DNA of 47,996 bases, taken from assembly GCA_052055015.1 (NCBI GenBank), contig JBQJIT010000033.1. One strand, given 5' to 3'. Shown in pieces: positions 1 to 10,718 of the stretch. The notes under the pieces were generated by a model. It made no database searches, had not been told where the DNA came from, and was given only the letters and a program-made list of their open reading frames with translations. The stretch's first letter is position 1, and each line of letters begins with the position of its first letter. A program made the translations under genes and the position numbers. This DNA is from Malassezia furfur (Eukaryota).

Positions 1-100
1 CAGCCGCCGCGGGGGAGGCAGCGGGGGCAGGGGCAGCGTCCTGCGCGGCCACAATGGCGACCAGGGCAAACAGGGAAGCGAAGCGGAGGTTCAGGAACAT
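1..100 (-). CDS. 5' end of a putative secreted Ala/Pro-rich protein (runs off the window)
   Basis: ATG at 100 (-) reads MFLNLRFASLFALVAIVAAQDAAPAPAASPAAA, a signal peptide with an AxA-like cleavage site before QD. TATATA lies about 50 bp upstream. Not in the ORF track. Confidence 0.7.
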   Translation of the reverse strand, partial: MFLNLRFASLFALVAIVAAQDAAPAPAASPAAA

Positions 101-147
101 GGGGGAGGAAGATTGAAGGTGGCGTGTTGACTTCTGCTCGCGACTCC

Positions 148-153
148 TATATA
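148..153 (-). promoter_or_regulatory. TATA-like box upstream of the secreted-protein gene
   Basis: TATATA in GC-rich context about 50 bp upstream of ATG 100(-). Confidence 0.45.
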
Positions 154-387
154 CCTCCCCGCCCGCGCCCGCTAACTAACACCGTGTTGAAATTGGGCGC
201 CAAGATCCATTCATATGTATGGATCGTGCAGCTGCATCCTTGGCAGGGGCTTTCTCATTTGTCTGCCCTGTTTCCTTGTTCCGGTTATAGACGCATTGAG
301 TGGATTTAGTCATGCATCATACGATCACATGCGTCACGTGAGACAGCGCAACAGCGGCGGTGTTACCGCAGTGACGCGTGTCTTCCA

Positions 388-1383
388 ATGCCGGCTGGCC
401 AGCTGGTCGCGCCGTCGCAGACCGAAGAGGTCTTTGTGCTCGAGGCGCTGCAGAGCGCCGCGCTCCGCACGGACGGGCGCAAGTTTGCCCAGGCGCGCCC
501 CGTGAACATTGCCTTTGGCGAGCAGCTTGGATGGTGTGAAGTGTCGCTGGGGAAGACAGTGTAAGTACACGTGCACTGACGTAGTGTCGTCGCGTCTGTC
601 GATGCACTCGTCGTGCCCCCGCGCGAGGAGCGCCCGTACGAGGGCATGATCAATATCAATACCGATATCACTCCTATGGCCGGCATGGAGTACGACGCGG
701 GCGGCGTCGCTGGCGCAACCGAATCGCGCGAACGCGAGGCGCTCTTTGACCGCATGATGGAGCGTGCGCTGCGGTACACCGAGGCCATCGACCGCGAGGC
801 ACTCTGCATCATCGCAGGGAAAAAGGTGTGGTGCATCAACTTGACCATTCACCTGTTGTCGGACGAAGGCGCGGCGCTAGACGCTGCGGTGCTAGCGAGC
901 TTGGTTGCCCTGCGGCACTTCCGCCGGCCAGACGTAACTATCGCCGACGGCGAGGTGATTGTGCACTCGCCCGATGAACGTGTGCCCGTGCCGCTCGCAT
1001 GTCATCATCTTCCACTGTGTGTGTCGTACGCCGTCTTTTTGTTGCGGCCCAAGAACGACGAGGAACGCAGCCTGCTCCTTGCGCAGTCCCGCACCGTTGC
1101 GCGCGACGACAGCATGGATGAAGACGTCGCGCAGACAGAAGTGGCCGCTGCGTTGCTCGACCCATCCCTGCTTGAGCAGACTCTGGCGCACACGAGCATC
1201 ACGTTTGTCATCAACGCACAGCGCGAAGTGTGCGTGCTAGACAAGGCCGGCGGCGCGCCGCTGCCGTACCAGACCATTCTCGCTCTTCTGGGTGATGCCG
1301 CAAAACGTGCGGCCGAGATGGCCGCGCTCCTGGAACGTGCCCTGGCCGACGACGCGCGTCACCGGGTAGTGTCTGTAGAGTAA
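388..1383 (+). CDS. RRP45: Exosome RNase PH-like subunit Rrp45
   Basis: Exon 388-560 (LRTDGRK..R.VNI.FG..GWCEVSLGKT), then a 24-nt intron 561-584 (GTAAGT..CTGAC.TAG) joining the 613-1383 frame: RPYEG, IDREALCIIAGKKVW, ALRHFRRPDV, DKAGG. Confidence 0.9.
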
Positions 1384-1410
1384 TGCGCACGAGATACCCA
1401 CAACCTCCAC

Positions 1411-2712
1411 ATGGACGGTGCGCCGCTCGCCGCGGAGCCAGAAGGGCAATGGACGGTGCAGACGGCGCCGCTGCCCGTCGAGGACCCGGTCGTGGATGTA
1501 CGGCGCATGAATGTGCCATCGTTTGGTCCGCGGCCGAGCTACTTGCAGTCGAGCCAGGCTCAACACTGGACATTTAGTGCCGATCAGCTCGCCCAAATGC
1601 GCACGAAGGCCAACCGTCAGGCCGCAGATGCTTTGGCACAGTACGCGAGTGACGCCAAGGTAGGTACATGTCTGACACAGGAATCTGTTCCAGCGCTACT
1701 GAGCGTCGCAGATGAGCTTGCGATCATCCGCTTTTACCTGCTCCGCATCGGGCGTCTCGTGCGGGCATTCCATTTGCCGTCGCTCATCGAATCCACGGCA
1801 ATGACCCTCATGAAGCGCTTCTACCTGCGCAATTCATGCATGCAGTTTCACCCCAAACTAATCATGTATGTGGCATGCTTACCCAGGCTCACGAGCATCT
1901 ACCTCGCGTCCAAGGCGGAAAACTATCCCTTGCCCCTCGCCAAATTTTGTGCCCAGGTCAACGAGGCGAGTGCCGGGAAACAGGCGCCCGCACCCACCAA
2001 GCCCTCGCCTGCACGCGGCGACGTGACAGAAAACATCATTCGCGACCTCGAATTCGGTATGGTGCAGAGCCTGGATTTCGAACTGGCCGTACATGGAGCG
2101 CAGCGTGCGCTCTATGGCCTGATCCTCGACTTCCAGACACTACAAAACCCGCTCTCACGAGAGGACCTGACGGCGTTTGCGGCAGCAGTGCAGGGATACG
2201 TACAGGGTGCACGCCTCACCGATGCCGAATTCATCTATGCGCCTCCGCACATTGCGCTAGCTGCGTGCTGGATGTGTGAAGCCAAAGGGACGTCGGGCAC
2301 CATCTCGGGCAAAGACATCGTCCAGAAATGGCTCGCGGCCAAACGCGAGCGTGCATCCACGGCACGCGCCGCACAGCTCGAGACTCGAATGAGTTGGCGC
2401 GCCAAGAAGCACGCCGTAGAAAAGGCCCAGCAGGACGCGTCGTCCAAGCAAGCGCCGTCGCCCGTGGCGTCCGAGTCGCCTGCACCGGTGGACTACAGCG
2501 CAGAGTCTATCAAGGAATCCGGCGGGCTTCTGCCCACCGCAGAGCTTGAGCAAATCCTGGATGCGATCGCCGCGCAAATCCGCGGCCTGGCTCCGAACAC
2601 CCCTGCGGGTGCGCCGCTCAAGCCCCAGGTGGATATGGAGCAGGTGAAGAAGATCGACCTTGCTCTGCGTGCGTGCCTCACGCTCTTTGAATCCGGCAAC
2701 CAGTCCAGCTAA
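1411..2712 (+). CDS. CCL1: Cyclin H (TFIIH kinase/CAK cyclin)
   Basis: [12 protein letters not shown] and [14 protein letters not shown]. Removing the 21-nt introns 1660-1680 and 1866-1886 restores [15 protein letters not shown]. Start may be 1411 or 1509; the C-terminus may extend to 2796. Confidence 0.85.
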   Translation: MDGAPLAAEPEGQWTVQTAPLPVEDPVVDVRRMNVPSFGPRPSYLQSSQAQHWTFSADQLAQMRTKANRQAADALAQYASDAKVGTCLTQESVPALLSVADELAIIRFYLLRIGRLVRAFHLPSLIESTAMTLMKRFYLRNSCMQFHPKLIMYVACLPRLTSIYLASKAENYPLPLAKFCAQVNEASAGKQAPAPTKPSPARGDVTENIIRDLEFGMVQSLDFELAVHGAQRALYGLILDFQTLQNPLSREDLTAFAAAVQGYVQGARLTDAEFIYAPPHIALAACWMCEAKGTSGTISGKDIVQKWLAAKRERASTARAAQLETRMSWRAKKHAVEKAQQDASSKQAPSPVASESPAPVDYSAESIKESGGLLPTAELEQILDAIAAQIRGLAPNTPAGAPLKPQVDMEQVKKIDLALRACLTLFESGNQSS

Positions 2713-2812
2713 CGGAAACGCAGTGCGCAGGACGACAATGGGAGCGCCAAACGACAGCGCACGGACGCCCCAGTGGATAGTGACGACGATTTATAGCTTC
2801 TCCACATCTGGC

Positions 2813-4884
2813 ATGTCCGCGTCGAGCGAGACGCGCAACGACGCGCGCCGTCCGATCGAACGACTCGATGCTGACGTCGTGAACCGCATAGCTGCTGGCG
2901 AGATCATTCATCGACCGTCCAATGCACTCAAGGAGCTGCTCGAGAACAGCCTCGATGCTGACGCAACGCAGATCAAAATTACGTTGCAGGACGGCGGGCT
3001 GAAGCTGCTACAGATTCAGGACAATGGTAAGGGCATCCCAGTACAGGACATGCCGCTCCTATGTGAGCGCTTTGCTACGTCGAAACTGCGCACATTTGCG
3101 GACCTCGAGTCCATGACGACGTTTGGCTTCCGTGGAGAAGCGCTGGCGAGCATCAGCTTTGTGTCTGCATCGGTCACCGCGGTGAGCAAGACGCGAGACG
3201 AGGATGTAGCCTACCAGTAAGTGCCGCAACTAATGCAGAGCGTCATATTTTGCTGGCACACTGCAGCCCCCCGCCGAGGGCCAGGAAGCCAGGCCAAAGC
3301 CGTGTGCAGGAACCAATGGGACGACCATCACCGTGCGGGATCTCTTCTTCAACGCACCACAGCGGCGAAACGTGTTCAAGTCACCATCTGAGGAGTATAA
3401 TCGTGCACTTGACGTCGCGACCAAATACGCTATTCATTATGGGCATCGTGGGGTCGGCATCTCCGTCAAAAAAGCCGGCTCGTCCTCGTTCGACCTAAAC
3501 ACTCCAGGTCAACCGGGGCAATCGACGCTCGATGTGATACGGAACGTGCATGGTGCGACACTCGCGCGCGACCTTATGCACCTTACACCTCTGCACATGG
3601 AGTCGCTTGGTTGTACCGTCGAAGGTTGGGTGAGCAATGGGAATTGGGCGTCCAAAAAGACCACCTTCCTTTGCTTCATCAATAACCGGCTGGTGGAAAG
3701 CGCATCCCTTCGTCGGTCGCTTGATACCATGTATGCAACACTGCTTCCCAAGGGCCGACACCCGTGGATTTACTTGTCGTTGACCATTGTGCCCAACCGC
3801 ATCGATGTCAACGTACATCCGACGAAACAAGAGGTCCATTTCCTCGACGAGGACGAGATTGTGGAACGCATCACCACACATACCCAGGACATTGTGTCTC
3901 AGCACAGTTCGTGCCGTGTCTTCTCTTCGGGGTCTCCTATGGGGGTCGCTACCTCAGAAAATACCGTCCAGGGTACGTGTTGCCGCTTACCCAGTTCTCG
4001 GCCCGCGGCAAAAGGGCTCGGACCCCCGGCATCTGGTCCGTGTTGACCACCAGGCACAGTCTCTGGATGCGATGATGGCTTCTGAGACAACCTCGGCGCA
4101 TCGCGGCTTGCAAGAACGCATTGCAGAGAGCCCGTGTGAACTAACAAGCGTCCAGGAGCTACGGACGGCTGTGTATCTCACGCGGAGCGTTCCGCTGTCG
4201 GAAGTGATTCAAAACCACAAATTTGTGGGCGTCGTTGATGCACAGCAGGGTCAATCACTGATCCAGCATGGCACACAGCTCTATCTCGTGGACCATGCCG
4301 CGGTCATTGAGGCGTTTGCGTACCAGCTTGCCTTGCGCCAATTCGCGTCCTTTACACCAATCCGCCTGGACCCCGCTCCCTCGCTCCGTGACCTAATCGG
4401 CGTTGGATTTGATGCCGAGGACGATCCGGTCAAGGCGGGACTGGATCGAGATACAGTCGTTCAAAAGATCTACGACACACTCATCGCACGCGCCGAGATG
4501 CTTGAGGAGTACTTCGCGATCCGACTCAATGCAGAAGAGGGCACGGTCGAGACGCTACCCGCCCTGCTTCCTCGTCACGGCACCATGGGTCTCGTGCTTG
4601 AGCGCCTGCCCTCGCTCTTTTTCCGCCTTGGGCCGCAGGTGGATTGGAGTCACGAAAAGGCGTGCCTGGATGGCCTCTGCCGCGAATTGGCCTATGCGCA
4701 CGTACCTTTCTCGGTGGGGCACACGGGTGCGGAGCAGGACGACGCGTGGACCATCCAGCATGTCTGGTTTGCGAGTTTCCTTGGATCCCGCGGCAAAATG
4801 ATGGTGTCCAAGGCACTCGCTGCACAGGCCTTCGTGCAGGTTGCAAGCCTCCCCGATCTGTACCGCGTCTTTGAACGATGTTAG
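2813..4884 (+). CDS. MLH1: DNA mismatch repair protein MutL homologue Mlh1
   Basis: [40 protein letters not shown] and C-terminal FERC. 22-nt introns 3217-3238 and 3973-3994 join three ORF frames. Confidence 0.95.
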
Positions 4885-4902
4885 GGGGAGGGTATATGTA
4901 CA

Positions 4903-5524
4903 TTATTTTGTAGCGGAGCCTACGTCAAACACGCTGAGCAGCGCAAAGCATGCGTAGAACAGGCCAACAGGATAGGCGACCAAGAACCGCTGGTTGTGCA
5001 TCCCCAGGATCGACACAAAGATGCCGGACGCTGCGGTGCAACACCACAGGATGAACAGTGGCGAGATAATGTACCCGAATGTGCTGTTCAGACGGACAAA
5101 CACGTTCAGGCAGCTCAGCAGGCATAGAGGCAGCAAGCAGTAGCCCAGGACGCTCGTCACGCGCGACGCGTCGATGCCGCCCTCGGACATGAGGTTCAAG
5201 AGGAAGTAGATGGAGACCACGCCCATGAGCCCCACACCGTACACGTAACCAAACTGCGACTTGCCCGCCTGTGTAAGTGACTTAGCGGCGTACCAGCAGA
5301 AGCAGCATGCCAAACACAAAGCAGAATAGCAAGGGGCCGGCGAGGTCCGTGTCGTCCATCATGTGCGCATCCTTCGGATGGTCCGGCGAGAACTTGTGGA
5401 ACGGGTTGAGCACCGCGAGCGACTTGTCCCAAACATGCGACAAGTTAATGTCGAGCTCCTCCATCAGTGAGGGCTCGCCGGGGAGGCCTCCCGTGCCAAA
5501 CGCGCTCAGCCAGTCCATGCTCAT
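4903..5524 (-). CDS. YIP1: Yip1 family ER-Golgi membrane protein
   Basis: [43 protein letters not shown]. 25-nt intron 5269-5293. Confidence 0.92.
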
Positions 5525-5585
5525 GTTGGTGTGCACCCAACCGCGCGACGACCCGCTGACTCAGCAAGGAGCCAGGGCGCCGCCC

Positions 5586-5596
5586 AAAATTTTTTT
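5586..5596 (+). promoter_or_regulatory. RRPE-like element (AAAATTTT) upstream of NSA2
   Basis: AAAATTTTTTT about 40-50 bp before a ribosome-biogenesis gene in otherwise GC-rich DNA; matches the fungal RRPE consensus AAAWTTTT. Confidence 0.5.
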
Positions 5597-5635
5597 GTTT
5601 TCCTTTTATCTGCGCCACATCCAAGCGGGGTTGCC

Positions 5636-6424
5636 ATGCCGCAGAACGAGTATATTGAGGAGCACATCAAACGCCATGGTCGCCGCCTGGATCATGAGGA
5701 GCGCATGCGCAAGAAGGAGGCGCGTAGTGCGCACCGTGCCTCGGCCGTGGCGCAAAAGACCGTCGGTCTGAAGGCCAAGATGCTCAACAAGAAGCGCCGC
5801 GCCGAAAAGGTGCAGATGAAGAAGACGCTCAAGCAGCACGAGGAACGCGACGTGAAGAAGTCGGCTGCACCGAGCGATCCCGACACCGCGCTGCCTGCCT
5901 ACCTGCTCGACCGCGAGGGCCAGAAGGATGCCAAGGCGCTGTCGAGCGCGGTCAAGGAGCGCCGCAAGGACAAGGCTGCGCGGTACAGCGTGCCGCTGCC
6001 GCAAGTGCGTGGCATTGCCGAGGACGAGGCCTTCAAGGTGGTCAAGACGGGCAAGCGCAAGCAGAACGGTTGGAAGCGTATGGTGACCAAGGCGACGTTT
6101 GTTGGCGACAACTTCACCCGCAAGCCGCCCAAGCTCGAGCGGTTCATCCGCCCGATGGGCCTGCGTTTCAAGAAGGCACACATCACGCACCCCGACCTGA
6201 AGGCAACGTTCCAGCTTCCCATCATCGGCGTGAAGAAGAACCCGCAGTCGCCCACCTACACCCAGCTCGGTGTGTTGACCAAGGGTACGATCATCGAGGT
6301 GAATGTGTCCGACCTGGGTATGGTCACGTCCGGCGGCAAGGTCGTCTGGGGCAAGTATGCGCAGATCACCAACAACCCCGAGAACGACGGCTGTGTCAAC
6401 GGCGTGCTGCTGCTCTCGTCCTAA
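5636..6424 (+). CDS. NSA2: Ribosome biogenesis protein Nsa2
   Basis: [23 protein letters not shown]...[15 protein letters not shown]...[16 protein letters not shown]; intronless. Confidence 0.96.
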   Translation: MPQNEYIEEHIKRHGRRLDHEERMRKKEARSAHRASAVAQKTVGLKAKMLNKKRRAEKVQMKKTLKQHEERDVKKSAAPSDPDTALPAYLLDREGQKDAKALSSAVKERRKDKAARYSVPLPQVRGIAEDEAFKVVKTGKRKQNGWKRMVTKATFVGDNFTRKPPKLERFIRPMGLRFKKAHITHPDLKATFQLPIIGVKKNPQSPTYTQLGVLTKGTIIEVNVSDLGMVTSGGKVVWGKYAQITNNPENDGCVNGVLLLSS

Positions 6425-6457
6425 ATGAAGGCCTTTCTTTTGTATCATAGACACTCT

Positions 6458-7480
6458 CTACATGAATCCATTCACACTGAGCTCCATCGCAATCCGCAGC
6501 TGCTCCTCTTCCGGGAGCGACTCAAAGTTGTCGGGCAGACCCTCAAGGGTGCCTGGCTCACTTTCCTGCAGAGCGTCGCTGGCCGCCGGCTCGGCAGGTG
6601 TATCGGCGACCTCGACGGGGTCGTCGGCGTCGCGCGGCGTCGGGTCGTCGACCGCGCGTGATGGTCCAGCGTCGCGCAGCGCAGCAGTGCCTGTCGGTTT
6701 GCGGTATACGCGGTCCGTGCGGAACGCTTGCCGGAACGCTTTGGTGAGGTTGTCCACCTTGACCTCGCCCATACCCGGCAGCATGGCCAATTTTTCGGGC
6801 GGCGCACGAGCCATGTCCGCGAGCGACTGGGTGAGGGGGAGACCACGTACCCCGATGTGCGTCGATAAGGTCATGACATCCGTCTTGTTGATCCCACGCA
6901 CGCTCGTCAGCACGGCGGCGAGCTGACTCGAGTAGGTTTCGCCGACGCGCGTGCGAATCAAATCAGGCGGGCGCTGTTCAAACGCCTTGTAGGTCTCGAG
7001 GTACCGTGCCGCCTCTTCTTGTCTGGGTCAGCGGAAGCCACATACGTCCATGCCACAAGCAGCACCATGCGATTGACCAGGGCAATTTTGGTCAGTTCCT
7101 TGATCGCCTGCTGGTGATCCGTCTTGGGTCAGTCTGGACACGTACCACATCGCACAGCACGAGGAGGACACGGAGGGTATACATGTGTGCAAGTTTCTGG
7201 ATCCGCATGTGAATGTACTCTGGGTGCAGTCGAAAGTAGCGCAAACTGGGTGAGCGGTGCGCCGCACCTACCTCAGGAAGAGAACGCCGCTCGAGAGACC
7301 CACCTGGTAATCCGGCACGATGTCGGCATATTCCCAGGCGACGCCCTTGATGTGCTGCAGGATTGGATTACCCCTCTGGCAACTATTCACCAGGATCGAG
7401 TTGGAGGAGGCCTGCGCGCCGCGGATCAGCGGATGCGGCCGTGCGCGCTGCGGGCTCGCGTCTTCGCGTGCCTGGGCCAT
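6458..7480 (-). CDS. RAD10: ERCC1/Rad10/Swi10 excision repair endonuclease subunit
   Basis: ILVNSCQRGNPIL, VPDYQVG..FLSLRYFRLHPEYI, EEAARYLETYK and HhH motifs. Introns 7246-7271, 7123-7145, 7023-7045 and 6827-6850. Confidence 0.92.
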
Positions 7481-7614
7481 GCCGGCGCCGTCACGCCTCC
7501 ACTTTCCAAGTGCACGGAGATGGCGTGGTTTCTGCACGCTGAGTAAGCCAGAAAAGCGAGTTTAGAGTGCGCGTGCCCTGCTGCTTCTTCCCACCGATTG
7601 TGTTTGATTCCGAT

Positions 7615-9777
7615 ATGCCTGGAACACTCGCTCTGGCCGCCGCTGTGCTGGTCGGTGTGCTCACGCTGTACTTCCTCAGCGGGGTGCTGTTTGGTGGTGG
7701 CGAGTTGAAGCCGGTGGAGGAGGAGGTGCGCGACGACGCCAACTTTGTGGAGCGGATGGCGAGCCAGGTGCGTCGCGCGTGACTCACTCAGAAAAAACGG
7801 CTAGTCGTCTTCTTTGGTTCGCAGACGGGTACGGCAGAGGAGTATGCTATCCGCCTGGCGCGTGAAGCCAAGGAGCGCTACGGTGTCGGTGTGCTGGTGC
7901 TCGACATCCAGGACGAGGAGATGGACAAGCTCGACCAGCTGCCGGAAGATTCGGTTGCGATCTTCGTCATGGCGACGTACGGCGAGGGCGAGCCGACGGA
8001 CAATGCGGTGGAGTTCATGGAGTTCCTGCGGTCGCCGGACGTGGCGTTCAGTGAAAACTCGACGCTGAACAACGTGCACTACGTCGCGCTCGGTCTAGGC
8101 AACAAGACGTACGAGATGTACAACGAGACCATCAAGCAGCTCGACGAGCGCATGCGCGAGCTCGGTGCGCAGCGCATCGGCGAGGTTGGTATGTGCGACG
8201 ACGATGCGAGCATCGAGGAGGACTACCTCGCGTGGAAGGACCCCATGTTCGAGCAGCTCGCCAGCTACCTCAACCTCGAGGAGGGCAACACGGGCGACAT
8301 GTCCGACTTTACCGTCACCGAGGTTACCGAGGTCGCGGACGTGTCGCGCATTTACCAGGGCGAACACCACCCTCGTGCGCTCAGCGGCGTCAAGGGCAAC
8401 CACGACGCACGCAACCCGTATCCTGCTAGCGTTGTGCGCACGCACGAGCTGTTCACCGAGGGCGTTGCGAGCCGCTCGTGTGTGCACATGGAGTTCGACA
8501 TCCAGGGCTCCGGCATCACCTACCAGCACGGCGACCACCTGGCCGTGTGGCCGGTGAACCCTGAGCCGCAGGTCGAGCGCATGCTTGCGGTGCTGGGTCT
8601 GCAGGACAAGCGCAACACGGTGGTGAACATCAAGTCGCTCGACCCTGCGCTGGCCAAGGTGCCGTTCCCGCAGCCGACGACGTACGAGGCCATCTTCCGA
8701 TACTACCTGGACATCAACGCGCATGCCAGTCGGCAGGCGCTCGCGAGCTTTGTGCCGTTTGCGCCCAACGTCGCGGCGCGTGAGAAGCTCGAGCGCCTGA
8801 GCAAGGACCGTGACTTTTTCCTGACGCACGTGGGTGACTACGGCTACAAGCTCGGCGAGGTTCTCCAGATGGTCGCGGGCGACTCGACGCGCGACGAGGA
8901 CATCTCGTCGTCCACCGTGTGGCCCATTCCGTTCGACCGCGTGATTACATGTGTGTCGCGCCTGACGCCGCGCTTCTACTCGATCTCCTCGAGCCCGAAG
9001 CTGTCGCCTGACCGCATCCACGTCACGGCGGTCGTGCTGCGCTACACGCCGGCCCAGGGCAGTAAAGATGTGTACGGTCTTGCGAGCAACTTTATCAGCT
9101 CGGTCAAGATGGCGCAGAACAGCGAGACGCCCGGTCTCGAGGACCCGCGGCACGGCACGCCGCAGTACCACCTGCGCGGCCCGCGCGACGCGTACATCGA
9201 CGAGGCCGCCGGCCAGTACCGTGTGCCGATCCACGTGCGTCGCTCGACCTTCCGGCTGCCGACGAGCACCAAGATCCCGATCATCATGGTCGGCCCCGGC
9301 ACGGGTGTGTCGCCTTTCCGTTCGTTTGTACAGGAGCGCGTCGCGAACGCGCTCAAGGCGAAGGAGAAGCTCGGCGCGGACGCGCTGCAGGACTGGGCGG
9401 ACATTACGCTTTACTACGGATGCCGCCGGAGCAACGAGGACTTCCTGTACAAGGACGAGTGGCCCGAGTACGCTGAGAAGCTCGACAACAAGTTCAACCT
9501 GCGTGTTTCGCTGAGCCGTGAGGTGTTCAACCCTGACGGCTCGAAGAAGTACGTGCAGGACCTCATCTGGGAGGACCGCGAGAAGCTCGCGCACCAGATT
9601 CTCCAGCAGCGCGCGCATGTGTACATCTGTGGCGAGGGCAAGGGCATGGCGCAGGACGTGGAGCAAACCCTGGCCAAGATCCTGGGCGAGGCCAAGGGCG
9701 GCGGCATTGACGTCGGTCTCGCGGAGATCAAGGTGCTCAAGGACCGGCACCGTCTGGCGCTGGATGTCTGGTCATAG
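7615..9777 (+). CDS. NCP1: NADPH-cytochrome P450 reductase
   Basis: N-terminal TM anchor; 24-nt intron 7768-7791; FFGSQTGTAE, ATYGEGEPTDNA, RFYSISSS, GPGTGVSPF and C-terminal DVWS. Confidence 0.96.
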
Positions 9778-10589
9778 CTATGTAGTCGAATCCGGTGGTG
9801 GGAGCATTGCGCCGTGGTTGGCGAGTCTGCGTCAGTGGGTGCTTGCGTACCGGTCGGCCATCTCGTTGCCGTGCGTGCCAGCGTGCGCGCGCACGTACAC
9901 GAGCGACGGGCGCGGCGTGCGCGTAGTGAGGGCGTCGTCCAGCGCGACAATCAAATCCTTGTTCTGCACATCGCCGCCCGTACTGGTGCGCCATCCATTC
10001 CGCTTCCACGAAGGAATCCATTTTGTGACGGCATTCATCGCGTACTGACTGTCGGTAAAAATACGCAGCGGCTTGCTCGGCTCGGGGCATGTCTCGATCG
10101 CCCGCAGGATCGCCGTCAGCTCGGCGCGGTTGTTGGTCTGTACGGGGCCCGCCAGGCGACATGCAAGGTTCAGGTGGTGATAGCGATCATCGCTCCAGTA
10201 CACTCCGTAGCCTGCAACCGCACCATTGCGCCCATTGCCGCGCGACGAGCCGTCCGTGTACACCGTGAGGCCGCCGGGTGTTGCGTCAGGCAGAATGCGC
10301 ACGGCCTTGGCGGGTGTGATCGGCTCGGCGTCGTCCTCGGCCTTGCGCTTGGGCGCTGCAAGCGTCCGCGCAGGTGCCGATGCAGGTGTGGTGCGCGGCG
10401 CGTCCTCCTCCGCGACAAACGCGTCCGCCTCGACGCGCGTGGGGAACGACTTGTATCGGCTGCCCTGGTACCGCTCAACCTGTGCCTTGCACTGTTCCCT
10501 AGGTGAGACGCGCAGACATACCACGTCTCGTACACGCCTGGCTTGTGTCCGACGCGCACCGCGTAAAACTTGGTCTGACGCCGGACCAT
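9778..10589 (-). CDS. RNH1: Ribonuclease H1
   Basis: Hybrid-binding domain KFYAVRVGHKPGVYETW; VYTDGSSRGNG, QTNNRAEL, TDSQY, HAGTHGNEMADRLA. Introns 10499-10521 and 9827-9850. Confidence 0.93.
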
Positions 10590-10718
10590 GGCGCTCGCCG
10601 CGCCGTGCCACAGAATGCTCCCCCACCGCACGATGCACGAGGCTGCTTAGGTAACGCGCGGACGCGCGCGCCGCGCGCCCAAACCCGTACACACCTCCAC
10701 CCTCACAACTCCTCGTGC

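Noticed and set aside
2669..2723. Possible 55-nt intron (GTGCGT..CTAAC..CAG) fusing cyclin H to MLH1
   Set aside because: It would fuse in frame, but its length and branch spacing are atypical for this window and MLH1 has its own ATG with CTCCAC; likely coincidence
2813..4884. Apparent frameshifts/pseudogenes in MLH1, ERCC1, ATP5, Rab and others
   Set aside because: Every break coincides with a GT..branch..AG micro-intron that restores the frame
8095..9750. Long antisense ORFs (also 5606-6454, 10647-12323, 13129-15696, 24489-25868, 39891-41774, 41743-44076, 44182-46245)
   Set aside because: Shadow frames of strongly GC3-biased genes; no motifs, and each mirrors a well-identified CDS
9775..9800. 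TAG-CTA readthrough context after NCP1 giving a cryptic peroxisomal isoform
   Set aside because: The CTA is explained by the antisense RNH1 stop; the extension has no nearby PTS1 and would disrupt the terminal WS
9778..10589. RNase H as a retrotransposon remnant
   Set aside because: It has the cellular RNase H1 hybrid-binding domain and introns; no RT, integrase or LTRs nearby
10654..10680. ACGCG (MCB-like) repeats between RNH1 and DBF4
   Set aside because: Fits G1/S regulation, but CGCG words are too common at this GC content and there is no perfect ACGCGT
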